Origin: Raillietiella orientalis
Lineage: Eukaryota
Assembly (NCBI GenBank): GCA_036172245.1
Contig: JAYWIR010000016.1
Location: 3,224,001-3,288,000, forward strand
Length of the DNA stretch: 64,000 nucleotides
Direction of reading: 5' to 3'
The position numbers were made by a program, and so were the translations under genes. Within the stretch, counting starts at the first letter, position 1, and the number at the start of each line of letters is the position of its first letter. The notes under the pieces were generated by a model. It had not been told where the DNA came from, made no database searches, and worked only from the letters and a program-made list of their open reading frames with translations. Of this stretch, positions 1 through 13,317 are shown one piece after another.

Positions 1-23
1 AAGAGCCATCTGGATTGATTTAC

Positions 24-3000
24 CTTTTCCAAATTATTTTATAAACACCATCTTGAGGTACTTCTTGGGCATGAGATGTATTCTGACACAAACTGAAGCA
101 TTCTGCAGCAGTTTCATTATCATGAAGCAGTATGTTTTGAAGTTGGGATTGTGGATTAGTGCCAAGTATTTCTAGGCCAGTGTGCTAAATCAAATTATGG
201 TACATTTATACTACATCTGTGTATTATACCAGTAATTCTAGTGTTGTATTCAGCACTTTCAACTGATGTGGAGAGCAGCACAATAATTGGCAAAACAATA
301 AAAAGTTTTCTTTACAAGGAATACTCTGAATGGGTATCAACATCAGTGATTTGTAGCTTACTGATACTTGAAATGGTAGCATGACATCCAATGTTAGAAA
401 TACATTTCTTTTGCAATGGCATTGAATTTCTTTTCCTAATACATTAACTAGGATATTGTAATCAATCTAAAACAAATTTCCATTAAATTGCTCAATGAAA
501 CTCTTATACACCTGAATCAAGAAAGTTCTTGTCCCCTCAGTTATAGCCCGTAGAAATACTGAATATCTCTTCTCTTCATCTATATTAAGAACAGGAAATT
601 TATGTGGTTCCAGAAATTGAGTTCCTTTTTCCGAGTCAGTGGGAGATTTATCAGTTAAAAAGGCTGAAACACATTCTTAGTCTTTTAATTTGAAAGTTGA
701 ACTTACTGTGTTGTTCCAAATTACGTTCAGATTTATAAAGATTAAATTGTAAATTAGCATCCCAAATTGCAGCCATTTCTTTATTGATCAGAACAATTTC
801 AATCAAGTACCACTCATGCAAAAGCACTGGTGGATTATGGTTCAGCTCAACTACCAACTTTGAAGGACGCTCAATTACACTAATACTAGTGATTGGTGTA
901 CTGTTTTTGCAAAATATATTACTGGGAAACGGGCTTTTTGCTGTCTCATTTAAATATCTTAAAAAAACAGACTGATTCAATTTAGTAATAAAACATTCGC
1001 ATACCTGGGATACTGGATTTTGGCTAGAAAGTTTGGGCTACATGTCCACTTCAGAACAATGCTTTCATTTAGATGTAAAGAAACAAAGAGCAACTAGAGC
1101 ACACTCGAAGTTAACTCATTAGTTGTATTTATTAATCCTCTTACCTGAATTTCTTTGCCAACATCACAACATTCTGGTACAAAATGGAAGTCACAACTTA
1201 AAACTTCATTGGGATTTAAGAAACATCTATCAAATACCTTAACCTTATTATAAGATGCATTGCTAAATGTCGCTGTTCCTTTTAGCACTGGAAAACTTGT
1301 GGATGCACTACAACTACTCGGGAAAAGATGTGCATTGTATTATTACTTTGTTTACCAAAAAAATACTTGTAGGGAAGCACACTGATCAGCATAAATGACT
1401 TGGTGCTGAAAATTTGCTATGCAAATAATACAAGATGTGATATCTGTCATTTGCACAATAACGTCAGTATTGGGTAGCTGCCATGGACTTTTTCTTGGGA
1501 AGTTACAAATGGAGGTGATTTTGTGTTGTGGAGCAACTCCCTAAGTGAAAACTCAATTGCAATACCGGTATTATTTTAGCAAATATTTGTGTTATCAAAG
1601 TATCTTTATTTGGGTTTATGAGTGCTATGTGGAAAATCAAATTCGGTGGAAAAATTCACACCTGACTACAGCACAGATTCTTATTATATAAATTACAGAG
1701 TTTCTGAGATAATGAATCATTCTAATGAAAAGTTTAAACAATTAGTGGCTGTCGGTTTATATACAATTAACTTCAAGCATTTCATAAACAAACAGAGATT
1801 CTTGAAATGATTCAATTTTTGAGTTAAGTTATTACTTTAGATTTCATTAAATATGGAATTTTATGATTACAAGAAGGCAACATTTAATTAATGTCTTCAA
1901 AAAGTCATAATTAACTGTTCAGAGGTGTTAGCATCTCAGACAGTAACGATTCTTTTTAGAATGTCTTCGAATGAAATACATGCTACTTTTAAATATTCGG
2001 TGTAGCAGAATTAAATGACATGTTATCAGGAAAGAGGGGAGAAGTGATGTGTTCAAATAATACATTAGCAAATCCAGTGGAAGACTTGTTTTTAACTATA
2101 ACAAAAATTATAACATTCTCAGGGTGTTTCTGGTTCAATCAAGTCTGCAGTAGTAGAGAATTACTATATTTTGAAGAAATTACTTATAAAATCAAATTGA
2201 TGTTCACATCGTTTTATCATTTCATAATATTCATTATATCATCAAGAAAATATTCTAATGTCATTTTCGAGTTCTGGGACTCAAGGACTTGTTAAGTCAA
2301 GCTGCATTAAATCTCATACGACTTAACACACTACGAGTACTGATTACATATAAATATTTATGATGAACTTAGAAAGAGAAATCACAATCTGATACAGAAC
2401 AAGTAATTGTTTTTCAAATTAAATATGAAAATGCGTTAGCTTGACCTGTATGATTTGCAATACATTTTCCCAGATACTCTGTTTTTCTTGTTCTGATGCA
2501 AAGGAATGTGGTCCACATAGTTCAAGTGCTGCTAAAAGATATTCCCTACAATTGCTTGTAAGAAAGGCTACATCAAGGATACGATACAAAAGTGAAGTTA
2601 AAATTGCAAACCATTGCTCCTTTCTGTATAGCCACAACACAGAAGTCAAAATTCTGAAGAAATGCATGTGCAATTATAATTTTATTGGGCAACTCACTCA
2701 AGGATTTGATCGAAGTGTTCTAGTGACTGCAATTCTGCCGCCATTTGTACTCCTTAATTCACGAGAATTAATCATTCTCACTTAAAATAATAATTACTTA
2801 CTGATCTTGTGAGTTGTTCTAATGTATCTATGCTTGTTGTAAAAGAACACAGCTCGGTCCAGCAAAATGAAAATGAGATTCTTTTGAATGTAGGGAAAAA
2901 GATATATTAATATGGCTTACTGAATGACTGATGCCTTGCTCTATATGCTGCATTGCTAAAAACGCCTGCATTTCAAGCTGCAAATCAATTACTTCCATCA

Positions 3001-6000
3001 GATGTCGATTTCCCCTCCAAGGTCGTTGACCAAAGTAATCAACTTCCACTTCCAGTAAAGAGAAATTAGGATGATCTTTGTTGCACAACTGTTGACAGAA
3101 ATGCAATGCATGCTGTTTCCTCTGAGTTGTCCAGTGGGCACTTTGTTCAAAGTAAACACCAGGATGCTGCATCAGTAATGTTGTGGAACTTGTGTGACTT
3201 CTTTGTTCCAAAAGTTCACCAAACAAATAAGCTTGATCGGCCAACCATTTGTAATGTTCAAATAGTATGCACTCAGGTCCTGTTTTAGGGGAAAATACAT
3301 CCACATGCTTCTGGTATTGTTCAACTGCATCTCGAAATAAGCCATTTTGCAGCATCATTGCACATATCTGCATAGAACAAATATTCAGAATTTGCATTTC
3401 ATTCGCTGTTTAGATAAATATTAAGATCACTAATTTCTTATTGAGTTCTTGATATAATCTATATTTAATTGATTTCTTGATAATAAAGCAAATTTGAATG
3501 AATTATAATAAAATTCAGGGAAACTTTGATTTGATCTCATAAGCAATTCAGACTCAATGTTGATTTGAATTAATTAATCAATGCACATGAAATTCAACTA
3601 ATACCTTATTAAAGTTAATATACATTAGAAGTTACTTCATAATTATACTGAATTTTTAATTATCTCTAAATGTAATGTAACAATTGCAATCTCTTTTCCA
3701 GTGAGTACTCTAAATGTACGACTTCACAATTTTGATGCATTGATTCCTCAAGTAATACAGTCTGAGTTTGCAAATTTTCTTTTAAATTCTCGTGTACACA
3801 TGTTAAATATAATTTTTTCTTTTCTTATCGTTTATTGGCGACCACTCTTGAAGACAAATTTCCCTTTTTTGATAACTTTTTGAGTTTCACTTGGTCAATG
3901 TTTTGTTATAATTTGCCAAAAAATTTAGAAATAAAACACTTAAGCTTCATGTTTATGCAATGATTTATAAAGTAAGTTATTTTAAAGCATAAGCTAACAA
4001 AACAAACAAACATACAATTGATAAAGTTAATGAAAACTACTTTGGACTACTCAGTAACAAAGATACCTTGTAATTGATAATTCCAGCTACCATTTTAATT
4101 TCATGCAAGTTTCCTTCTCCTTGTCTGATTTTTAAAAGACTATTATATGATTGAAGATAAAACCTTGAATATATAAGAAGTATACATTGTAATTGAGTTC
4201 TGCAATGTAAGATGCTAAATTATGAAATGAATATTTTACAAAACAAATGACAAGGCACTCAAAATATTCATCTATTCATTGGAAAATATTCGAGGAATTA
4301 ATTCAGATAGTGGACTGAAGCATTTGAACTAAGGAATATGTGTAATGATTTTACACAGTGCCCTGCCTTTTGATCATTACATATGCAACAACCAATTTCT
4401 TTCAAAAAGATGACAAGTGCAAGTGATTGTTGATCCTTGAGCACTTACTCTGCATATTTCAAACACTATTTGAGATCCTTGAAACATTTAAGTTATTAGA
4501 CTCATTTGTAAACACTTATCAAAAAATCAGTTACAATTTTCATTTGGGAGTTTTTCAATGATATATGTAAAAAGATACATATGCCATGCTTCTTTGCAAA
4601 ATTCCTGTAAAGCTAGCATAAAATACATGATTTATAACAAAGACAGATACTTATTGAGGAGAAAGGAATTGAGGAATTTTACTAATACATCATTCAAATT
4701 TGGAAACATGCACTTTCAGCTTCCCATTTTAAGAGAATACGATGATAAAAACAAAACAATAACTAACTTATAATGTTTTCCAGATTTGTAAAAAATTTTT
4801 GCAAATTTACTATAAAACTGGAAGTTTGGTGAGATATGTTAAATGCACTGGAAACTGCAACTACTCTTCACACTATAATCTTTTAAGCATAACAGCTAAA
4901 CTTTAATAAGTAAGCTGTGGCAAAAAATACATCATTGCAGAATCTGTAAACACAAACAATTACCACACTAAATCCAGTAGCACTACCAGCAGTTCTTGGG
5001 AGAGAAATTACACTATGATCATTATACTTATACCCACACATCAAAGAAACATTCCTAATCCTTAAGAGATACCTAACCAAAAACATCCCATATAAATTCA
5101 TTACTACTCAACAGAAAATGCAAAATAAAATTGCAGCACTTGATTTTCATTCAAGGTATCTGAAACTGAATAATCAATTCTGTAACAAGTTGACAAAGAG
5201 GTGATAATGCTAGCATGGAAATACTTACAACAGACAGTTAAATTAAAAACTACATACAAATCAAAAGTCAAAAGGTCATGCAAAAATTTCAGAGCACAAG
5301 CTACACAGTTTTTGACATAATATTTTTAAACCTATACTGAAGCATGAGATCCCTTAATTGGTTATGTCATTCAAACTGACTTCAATCTAAAGGAACATCT
5401 ATCAAAAGTCTCTAAAATTTACAGTGAAGATTTGCATACTTTTTAGCCAAGTTCACTTTGCTTAAAATAGATTCCAATTTATAACAAGATGCAAAAGATT
5501 CCAATGCAGTGATTGTGGTAAACAAACTTTTCTTCATAAAAAGTAAATTTTTAAAGACTTCCTAGATAATGTTTCTTAAAGATTCATCATTCAGGTGATA
5601 AACTGCACAATGCATGCAATAAAGAATTGCTTTCAGAAAATCAAATATGCTTTCAGTAATCAAAAAACTTACTTTTGGGAAGACAAAAAGTCTCTTTTCA
5701 GTTCATGATAAAACCCAAGTTTGAAAGGATGTCTTACAAATAGAAGTTGATGGCTTACTTCATTGAGAAGTTCACGATGTGCTTTCACGTTCTTTGCAGC
5801 ATTTGAATAGTAAAGCTGTGCCAATTCAAAAAGAGCTCCACCAATTCTATAACATTACTATCATGATGAAAAAAATATTGCAATAGTATTCACTATGTAA
5901 ACCTTATTATGTATTCCTTGATATGCTCAGAACATGGAAAAGTAAAGAGAGAGTTGCTACTTATATTTGCTTGGGAACACAAGCATGTTGCCCGCTCTGA

Positions 6001-6824
6001 AACTATAGCTGTTTCTTCTGACAAGGATGTGTGTTTTTGAAGCAAAATAAGTGCTAATTTGGTACCAAGATTTGCTAAAGATGATCTATGAACCATCTGT
6101 GAGCATACATGTTTTCTGCTTATAAAACATTCACCTTATCTGCCTAAGCAATGAGATGCACTCATTCTTCTTTTCATTCCATTCTGATGTGCTATGGAGA
6201 TCCAGTTCAAAGAAAACAACAATCACAGCTGGGATTATTCGTAGATGCTTAACAATCCAGTTTTTTTTGAGAATACCTCGAGGTATATAACGATCATAAT
6301 TTTGTTTCTGAAACAAATGCTGTTGAACTTCTGAGTTAACTGTGCAAACGCTGTTTTATTTATTAATCACAATTTCTGCAAAACTCAAACAAATGATGCA
6401 AAAATAAATGATAAAAATATTGAATTGGCACTGCATTTTCCTTGCACATTATTGTTGAAAACTATAAGCCTAGACACAGCTTTATGGAAAATGCTTAAGA
6501 TATTACAATCCCTAGCACCTTAGTCCAATAATTCACTTAGAAAACAGCATAAGAAACATGAGCATATGGTTTTATGCATTAAGACTTATGCAAAAAATTC
6601 TGCTTTCATTTTGAATACGTTCCTATTCTGGTACATACCTTAGGTTTTATCTCAGAAAATTTTTGGAATGATTCTATTATCTTAAAGTTTAAATAGTTCA
6701 CATCTCGACTTTCTGTTAATATTTTCCAAATTGTTTGGTGAGTAGCATTACCAGCAGCATTTAATCCTATAACACCAACTGTACCATAAGGGGTTTCTTT
6801 CACTTCATCTGGGAAAATGTCCAT
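24..6824 (-). CDS. TRAPPC11: Trafficking protein particle complex subunit 11 (foie gras/gryzun family), 3'-partial
   Basis: Phase-consistent GT-AG exons: 6824-6639, 6307-6135, 6085-5903, 5846-5673, 4163-4067, 3367-2921, 2880-2802, 2752-2698, 2653-2446, 1540-1356, 1307-1145, 1093-1005, 957-707, 663-512, 466-230, 184-24; the gene continues past position 1. Peptides YIPRGILKKNWIVKHL, SERATCLC, HQLLFVRHPFKLGF, EIKMVAGIINYKIC and YFGQRPWR match recalled TRAPPC11 sequence. Confidence 0.93.
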
Positions 6825-7111
6825 CACTCAGTACCAGTTTTATACACAAACAGAATTTACAACTATTGCTTGTTCTACCTAAACTATATTATCATCTCAC
6901 TTTTCCACTGAATATATTTACTTAAGCTGGATAACATCTGAAATTTTGTCAGAAAGTACTGATCAATTATCATCAGAATTTGAAAATATAAAGCAATCAA
7001 AATTCAAGCTTTCTTGGGAATTATTACTTCAAGTATTTCTGTGAAATAAATAGGACATTCCATATTGTACATAGAAACTTATAAAATGACTGTAAATTTC
7101 ATCATATGAAT

Positions 7112-9056
7112 CTACTTTATTTCACATTCCTTAATGACAACATTAGCAATGACTAGTTTCTGGATTTCCGAAGTGCCTTCATATATCTCTGTGATGCGTG
7201 CATCACGATAATGCCGTTCAGCAGGCATTTCTGATACATAACCCATTCCTCCTAAAATCTGTATTGTCTGATGAGTAACATATGTGGCTGCTTCTGATGC
7301 AAACAACTTGGCCATGGCTGCCTCCTAAATCAAGAAAGAAAATCAAAAATTAATTAATTTAGCAATCTTATGTGGAGAACTACCATACAATATGGAGAAA
7401 CCCTCATTAGTTTTGTATGTCACTACAAAAGCCAAACAAGTTACAAGGCAAAAATTCTGATTGCAATGCTGTTTTTTATTTTTCTCTGTGAGGCAATCAC
7501 TATACATTTCCAAAATGAATTCAAGAATGTACTATATGCATAAATAAATATGATCTAATGAATAATGCTAATGATTGACAAACTTGAGAAAGGGAGCAAA
7601 CTTGCTTATACAAACCTAACTGCAAATAACTTTACATGGTTACATGTTTTTCACTTAAAAAAATAATAATAATAAATCACCTTTGTAAAGGATTGTTCAT
7701 TGCTGCAAAGAACAGCAGCCTGATGAATCAGTAATCTTGCTGCCACCAATTTTACCGTCATGTCAGCTAACTTATTCTGTTACCACATAATCGTAGTACT
7801 TTAAAGCTGCAGCCCACCTGAATAGATTGCAACTTGGCAATTTTTGTACCAAAGGCACAACGTTTTTGTGCATAGTCCACAGCACATTCAAAAGCAGCTT
7901 GTGCAATTCCAAGAGCTTGAGCTGCTATACCGATCCGTCCAGCATCTGTAAAAACATATGCATTTAACAAATAGACAAATCTTATCTTGATTTGTTTGAA
8001 CGAATCTTATCTTCGACAAAAAGTACATCTTATTGAATTACAATTACTTACCTAGTGAAGCCATTGCAATTTTAAAACCCATTCCAGATTTACCAAGAAT
8101 ATTTTCTTTAGGGACTGCGCAATCTTCAAATATAAGATTACAGGTTGAGGAACCTCTAATGCCCAACTTATCTTCCTTTTTACCTAACGTCATTCCTTTG
8201 GGAAGTAAGCTGGTACACATGAGATCAAATAGCATCTAACCTTCAATGGGTTTTGGAACTAAAAAAGCACTAATGCCTTTATGCAACATCTTTTTGTCAG
8301 TAGTTGCGAACACAATTGCTGCTTTAGATTCATAGCCATTGGTTGTCCAAGCTTTTGTTCCATTTAATACATATGAATCATCTATGAATTTTGCTGTAGT
8401 GGAAGCTGCCCCTGCATCACTTCCATTTCCTAATAAATACACTTGAGTTACTATTTAATCACACCTAATGGTTCACCAGGTTCACTCAATGCAAAACATC
8501 CAATTTGCATGCCATCTGTGAAAGGCTGTAGAAAAGTTTCAATCTGTGGCTGAGTGCCATATTTCAAAATGGGACCCAAATAAAGGGAATTGTTCACACT
8601 CATTATCACTCCAGCAGATGCACATCCTCTTGAAAAAAATAATTAGCTTTCATTAACAAGTTACACCAGAATACCTAGAAATTTCTTCCATAGCCAAAAC
8701 ATAAGCTAAATAATCCATTCCTGCTCCTCCATAGCGTTCTGGAATAGTAATAGCCATTAATCCAAGTTCACCCATTTTCTTTATCTACATACAACCATAA
8801 TACATTAGTTTCCAAAAATAAAAATAACATTGACCTCTTCTCCAGGAAAGCAATGATTCTTATCAATTTTTGCTGCTTTGGGTTTAAGTTCCTCATTTGC
8901 GAATTCTCGGCATGTTTTCTGTAGAAGTTTATGAGTTTCTGGAAGGTTCATGTAATGTTGGGTGCTACATAATGCACTCTGCAAGAACACTGGAATTCTT
9001 GGAATCACCGGTCCCCATTTCGTAATACCACCTATCACATAATGCCGCAATGCCAT
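7112..9056 (-). CDS. ACADS: Short-chain specific acyl-CoA dehydrogenase, mitochondrial (~417 aa)
   Basis: 8 exons: 9056-8835, 8784-8675, 8628-8477, 8429-8241, 8195-8052, 7945-7818, 7776-7681, 7324-7112. Motifs [46 protein letters not shown] and [33 protein letters not shown]. Confidence 0.93.
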
Positions 9057-9099
9057 GATCAATGAATTTAGTCATTCATGGGGCAAAAAGACTGTCTAA

Positions 9100-9620
9100 A
9101 AACAAAAACATCACCAATAATAACACCGCCACTGTCCACGAAACCACTTTCGACATTCATAGAGTTCTTTATATGTAGTATTTATCGACTTGAAAGGGAA
9201 AAGTCTCACGTGCAACCCCCCAAGTTGCCAACCATACATGAACTTCGGAGAATAGCTTTTATGGGCAGTAGAGAAACTCACAAACGTGCAGGACGGCTCG
9301 ACACTTGTTCCCAAGCAACGCACATTACAGTGAAAGTCTCGAATGCCGTGGTAACACACACATGAGATACATTACCGGCAACCGCGACAGCACAGGCACA
9401 CTCTCAATGATAGGCAATGTTGTTGAAGAAGCATACAGTAAGGGTGCAGTGATTTCTTTATTGCTTTGTTACGAGTTGATGTCAAACGCAGGAACCAAAG
9501 GTTTCGCACGGAACCGTTGCCATCCCTGCAGCCTTTGCAGGCACAGTGACTGACGTACTGCGGCTCAACACTCAGCGTGCACAACTCGGCCGCCAGAAAC
9601 CAACCCCACATGGCAAACAC
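9100..9620 (-). promoter_or_regulatory. CpG-containing promoter/5'UTR region of ACADS with three RFX X-box-like sites
   Basis: Local rise in CpG. Minus-strand donor GTGAGT at 9281 and acceptor TTTTAG near 9096 suggest a 5'UTR intron. Sites GTTCCCAAGCAAC (9307-9319), ATGCCGTGGTAAC (9343-9355) and ATTACCGGCAAC (9371-9382). Confidence 0.4.
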
Positions 9621-12600
9621 CTACACGAAAAGATCCTGCCTTGAAGGATCGAACCATAATTTCGTGAGCTTCTTGCACTTTTGCGATCGTACGGAACCAC
9701 TCTTTGACGTATGAAGCTTTCTACCTGAATTACTGATTATTCACATGTATGTGACGTGGAAGTTCCAGTCCTCATGTGGAGAAATTCATTCCACAGACAA
9801 AAAAGCTCGTCTTTCCAATTCATAGAATCGGAAAGTTGAACTGTTTCTGTGCGGACGTCGTCCACTCGGCTAACCAACATAATGCAAGACACTCCCTTCA
9901 TGGTTTAAAGAACCTCGGACATTTGAAACAGAAGCACAATAACACTCTTAATGCCTAAAGGTTTATGCAAATGCACACAGAGGTTTAGTTTCACCCGCCA
10001 GGAAGTACCCCCATTGACATATTATTAAAATTTGATGATAAAAGATCGGGATTTTGATTTTTTATACGCGCTCAGGGAGACCTGCGTCCCACGGCCACTT
10101 GCGACCTGCAAGATTTTTCGCAAATCGGAATTCACATCCCCTCCGGCGACGATCGCTCAAATACGGATAGTAGTAGTTCTCACACAGAAGTAAACAATCA
10201 AAAATATCCATTGTTAATAATACTCTGTTGTGCAAATAGGTCCGCCGATGCACAGGTTAGCCTTTGGAGGGGCTGTAAGCACAAAACATGTATAAGACGA
10301 ACATGAACATTCGGGTGCCCTGCTTACTGAATTCGTGAATTTTTATCATTTGGAAATCTGTATCAATAGCCCTTAAGTGTCTAATAGTAGCTCGAACTCA
10401 CGTTGCATGTCTCACAAGCAACGTGAGTTCAACTCTCCTTGGAAATGCTGAGGAATTATCTTTCTAAGAAGTAAATTGGAAAGCATTGTGTTTGATTCCC
10501 TGTGACTCTGTTCCAGATGGGGAAAATACAACACTATGGGGCGTGTTCATACAAAATATAAAAAGTTCAATAACATTAGTGCAACTGCAGCTGCCACATT
10601 TCCGTCGAGTCTCGGCGTGAGGGGACTCCGTGATGCTGACTCGTTTCATGTCCTCATCCACGCAGGAGGAAGCTCACTTTCCCACAGCTTTTTCATGGGA
10701 AGAGACTCTGAGCAGGAATCACACCACACCGACCCTCACAAAAGCAAACACCACTGTTACGTCTCGTGCACTTAGGGGAGCAACTGCTCTGGTCTTGAGA
10801 GCATACTCTCAAGAAGGGAGATTCTTCGGAGATAAACTTCCCTTAGTAGCTCACTCCCTACCTTTCCGACCAAAAAACACGTCCACTGCATGAACCAATG
10901 GGAGAAACATTGAATGGGTGCAATGTTTAACAATTAATGGAGCAATATCTGTGAAAACTGAATGCATGGATTTCATTGAGAATCGGCCTCTGAACTGTGC
11001 CTAGTTTGAACAGCTTTCCTGAGGAATGAGTAAGAGTTTTCTGTGTTTTTCCCGTGTTTGGCAGCTCAATGATGGTGAATATCAGAGCATCTCTAGCATC
11101 CGAAACAGAGGATTAAGTTAAGAGAGATATGTAGCTTAAACGGGTCTCTGAAATCGGAAAGGATTAAATTTGTGATCATGTAAACATTACTTCACATTTA
11201 TCACAACTGAATATTAATCCTCAGGGTTTTGTGGAGTTAATCATCTCACTGTACTGGAATCTGCTTTCGCTGCCTTGCTTGAAAAACTAGAATTGCGAGA
11301 AAAGAACCATTCCATACCATTTCTCCTTCTTAAGGAAAGCTAGAGTCAACTCGGAGCAGCCTAGTGACATCTATAGAGGAGGAAAACTGCCTTTGGTGCA
11401 GAGTTGATTTTACCTAGCTGAGAAAATAGGGAGCGGTCGACTTCAACCTATTAAAAGTGGTTTCCTAGAACAAAGATCTTAGGAAGGTAGAATTGACTCT
11501 GTTGATCCGTAGAATGTAGAATTGATTCTTCCTTCTCATAGCGCTAGTGAAGGAATAATTGGTAGAAAGGAAGTTATCAATCACCTTAGCACAGCGTGAG
11601 CAGTCCTCAACTAATGGAAAAATCACCAGCTGAGACTGTTCTACTATAAGCGAAGAAAACAGGGGTGAGCTCCGAATGGATTACAGGAACTTATAGTGCC
11701 TCGTAACAGCCCAAAACCTCAAACAATGTGCACAGAAGAGCAGTACAGGTGAGGACTTGACCGCGTCTGTCCATTATATACCACAGACCATACGAACTGC
11801 AGAGCAATCGTAGTAGCGGTCTGCAATTCGTACTTGGAATCAGATATCCAGTATGATCTCCTGATGTTCCACGCAGGTACTCTGCGTAGCAGGCAGCCGC
11901 GCCACTGCACGAGAAGCCTTAAAGCTCTTCAAGGCGCGTAGAGATGACGACCCAACCGTACGTGCTCAACTGCTGAAAGCTGATCCAGGACTTGAATGTG
12001 CAAAGGCTTCTAACAGGATAACAGGAAAAACAAGCACGGAAATCGTACGTGGGCTTTTTGTAGGAAGGGGGATGTTCCCTTGTAAAAATCCCATGATTCG
12101 AATCGCCATCACCTCCTTCATTGCAAGCGTCTTGATAGAGTCGATCCGGTTCCAGTAAGGAAAAGCTGTAGCGCTCATGGCAACCCTGACGCACCTGCTG
12201 AAGAAGTAAACAGCCATCCGCCAATGCGGGCTCGCACGAGAATCGCAACCCAACAACCCGGCCCAGCACTAAGAGAGTGCATATACTCTAAAAGTAGCTC
12301 TGTCGAGTACATCGTGCTACCTGTGACCTTTTCTGCATGTGACTTGCAAATTGTGGGAATACAGTAGCCCACCTCTGGCCGGAAGGGGGAAAATAAAAAA
12401 GGTTCTTTCGTGAACCTCTGGGTTCCTTGAACTTGGCGTGGAATTGGATGCAATGCTGTGAGGAACCACTGGTTTCAATTTTCTTTACGAAATTGAGCTC
12501 TTTACTCCTTTCGTCGGGTTCTTATGGGCAGATTACTTCCGGAGGAATCAGACGCATCACAAATGTGCATTTGCAACTTCGGATTTTTCGTTTTTTCAAT
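9620..12600. mobile_element. Mosaic of degenerate Ty3/gypsy-like pol fragments (block A)
   Basis: RNase H-like RELLALL..ITDY..HRIGKLN (+, ~9650-9870); RTYLHNRV..EFRFAKNLAGRK (-, 10062-10253); RT-like YKKFNNIS..FMGRDSEQES (+, ~10440-11000); FYHN*ILIL..HLTVLESAF..YLAEKIGSGRLQPIKS (+, ~11050-11460); GELRMDYRNL (+, ~11540-11700); integrase-like AVYFFSRCVRV (-, 11966-12256); ECIYSKSSSVEY (+, ~12270-12560). Stops and frameshifts throughout. Confidence 0.65.
10394..10430. repeat. Perfect 13-bp inverted repeat / hairpin
   Basis: GAACTCACGTTGC-ATGTCTCACAA-GCAACGTGAGTTC; the loop can add a TGT/ACA pairing. Confidence 0.85.
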
Positions 12601-13317
12601 TACATTACGTACTGAAGAAAAAAGTTTTGTGCAGTACTCGGACAACAAGGCCTCTAGAAAACATTTTATGTTCGCCTCTCCTGTTTACGTTGGGTAATGA
12701 ATGCTCATTATCACATTCAAATATATTAATTACATATTTAATGGGCAATGAAATTTTATGCATGTTTTCGTGGATCGTGCCTAGTTTTTAAATATATCTA
12801 TACCTAGGATTTCGTAATTGCGTTAGCTTTCATTGGAAGGTTACCAGAACTGTCCTTATGCAATTTCCATTCATTCCACTCCTATCTTACATTCTGCATC
12901 TGAAAATCATACATGCATTGTTATTTCTCACCTTCATGTGAACAGTTAGGAAGACTTCTATGAATCAACACTGAATTAAACATATGAACTGGAAAAAAAG
13001 GCTATTATGAATAATAGATCAATTTTATTTTAGAAATCTACTATGAAAGCTCTTTACGCTTTCTGAAGATTATGAATAAATTATGCAGTTATTTTTCTGC
13101 TGTTTGATAAGCATCTTCAATAAATGACTAGCAACAAAGCTGGAATAAGGTAATATGGCACTAAGCAATCAATATTTGATGACAGTATCTGATTCTTCAA
13201 CATCATGGTAGTTCTGTAATTTTGGGGCATCATCACTTGCAAGTACTTTCAGCTGCACATTAATATCATTTAGTGTACTCAAGCTTCCATCTGCATTCCC
13301 TCCTTAATGAAAGCAAC

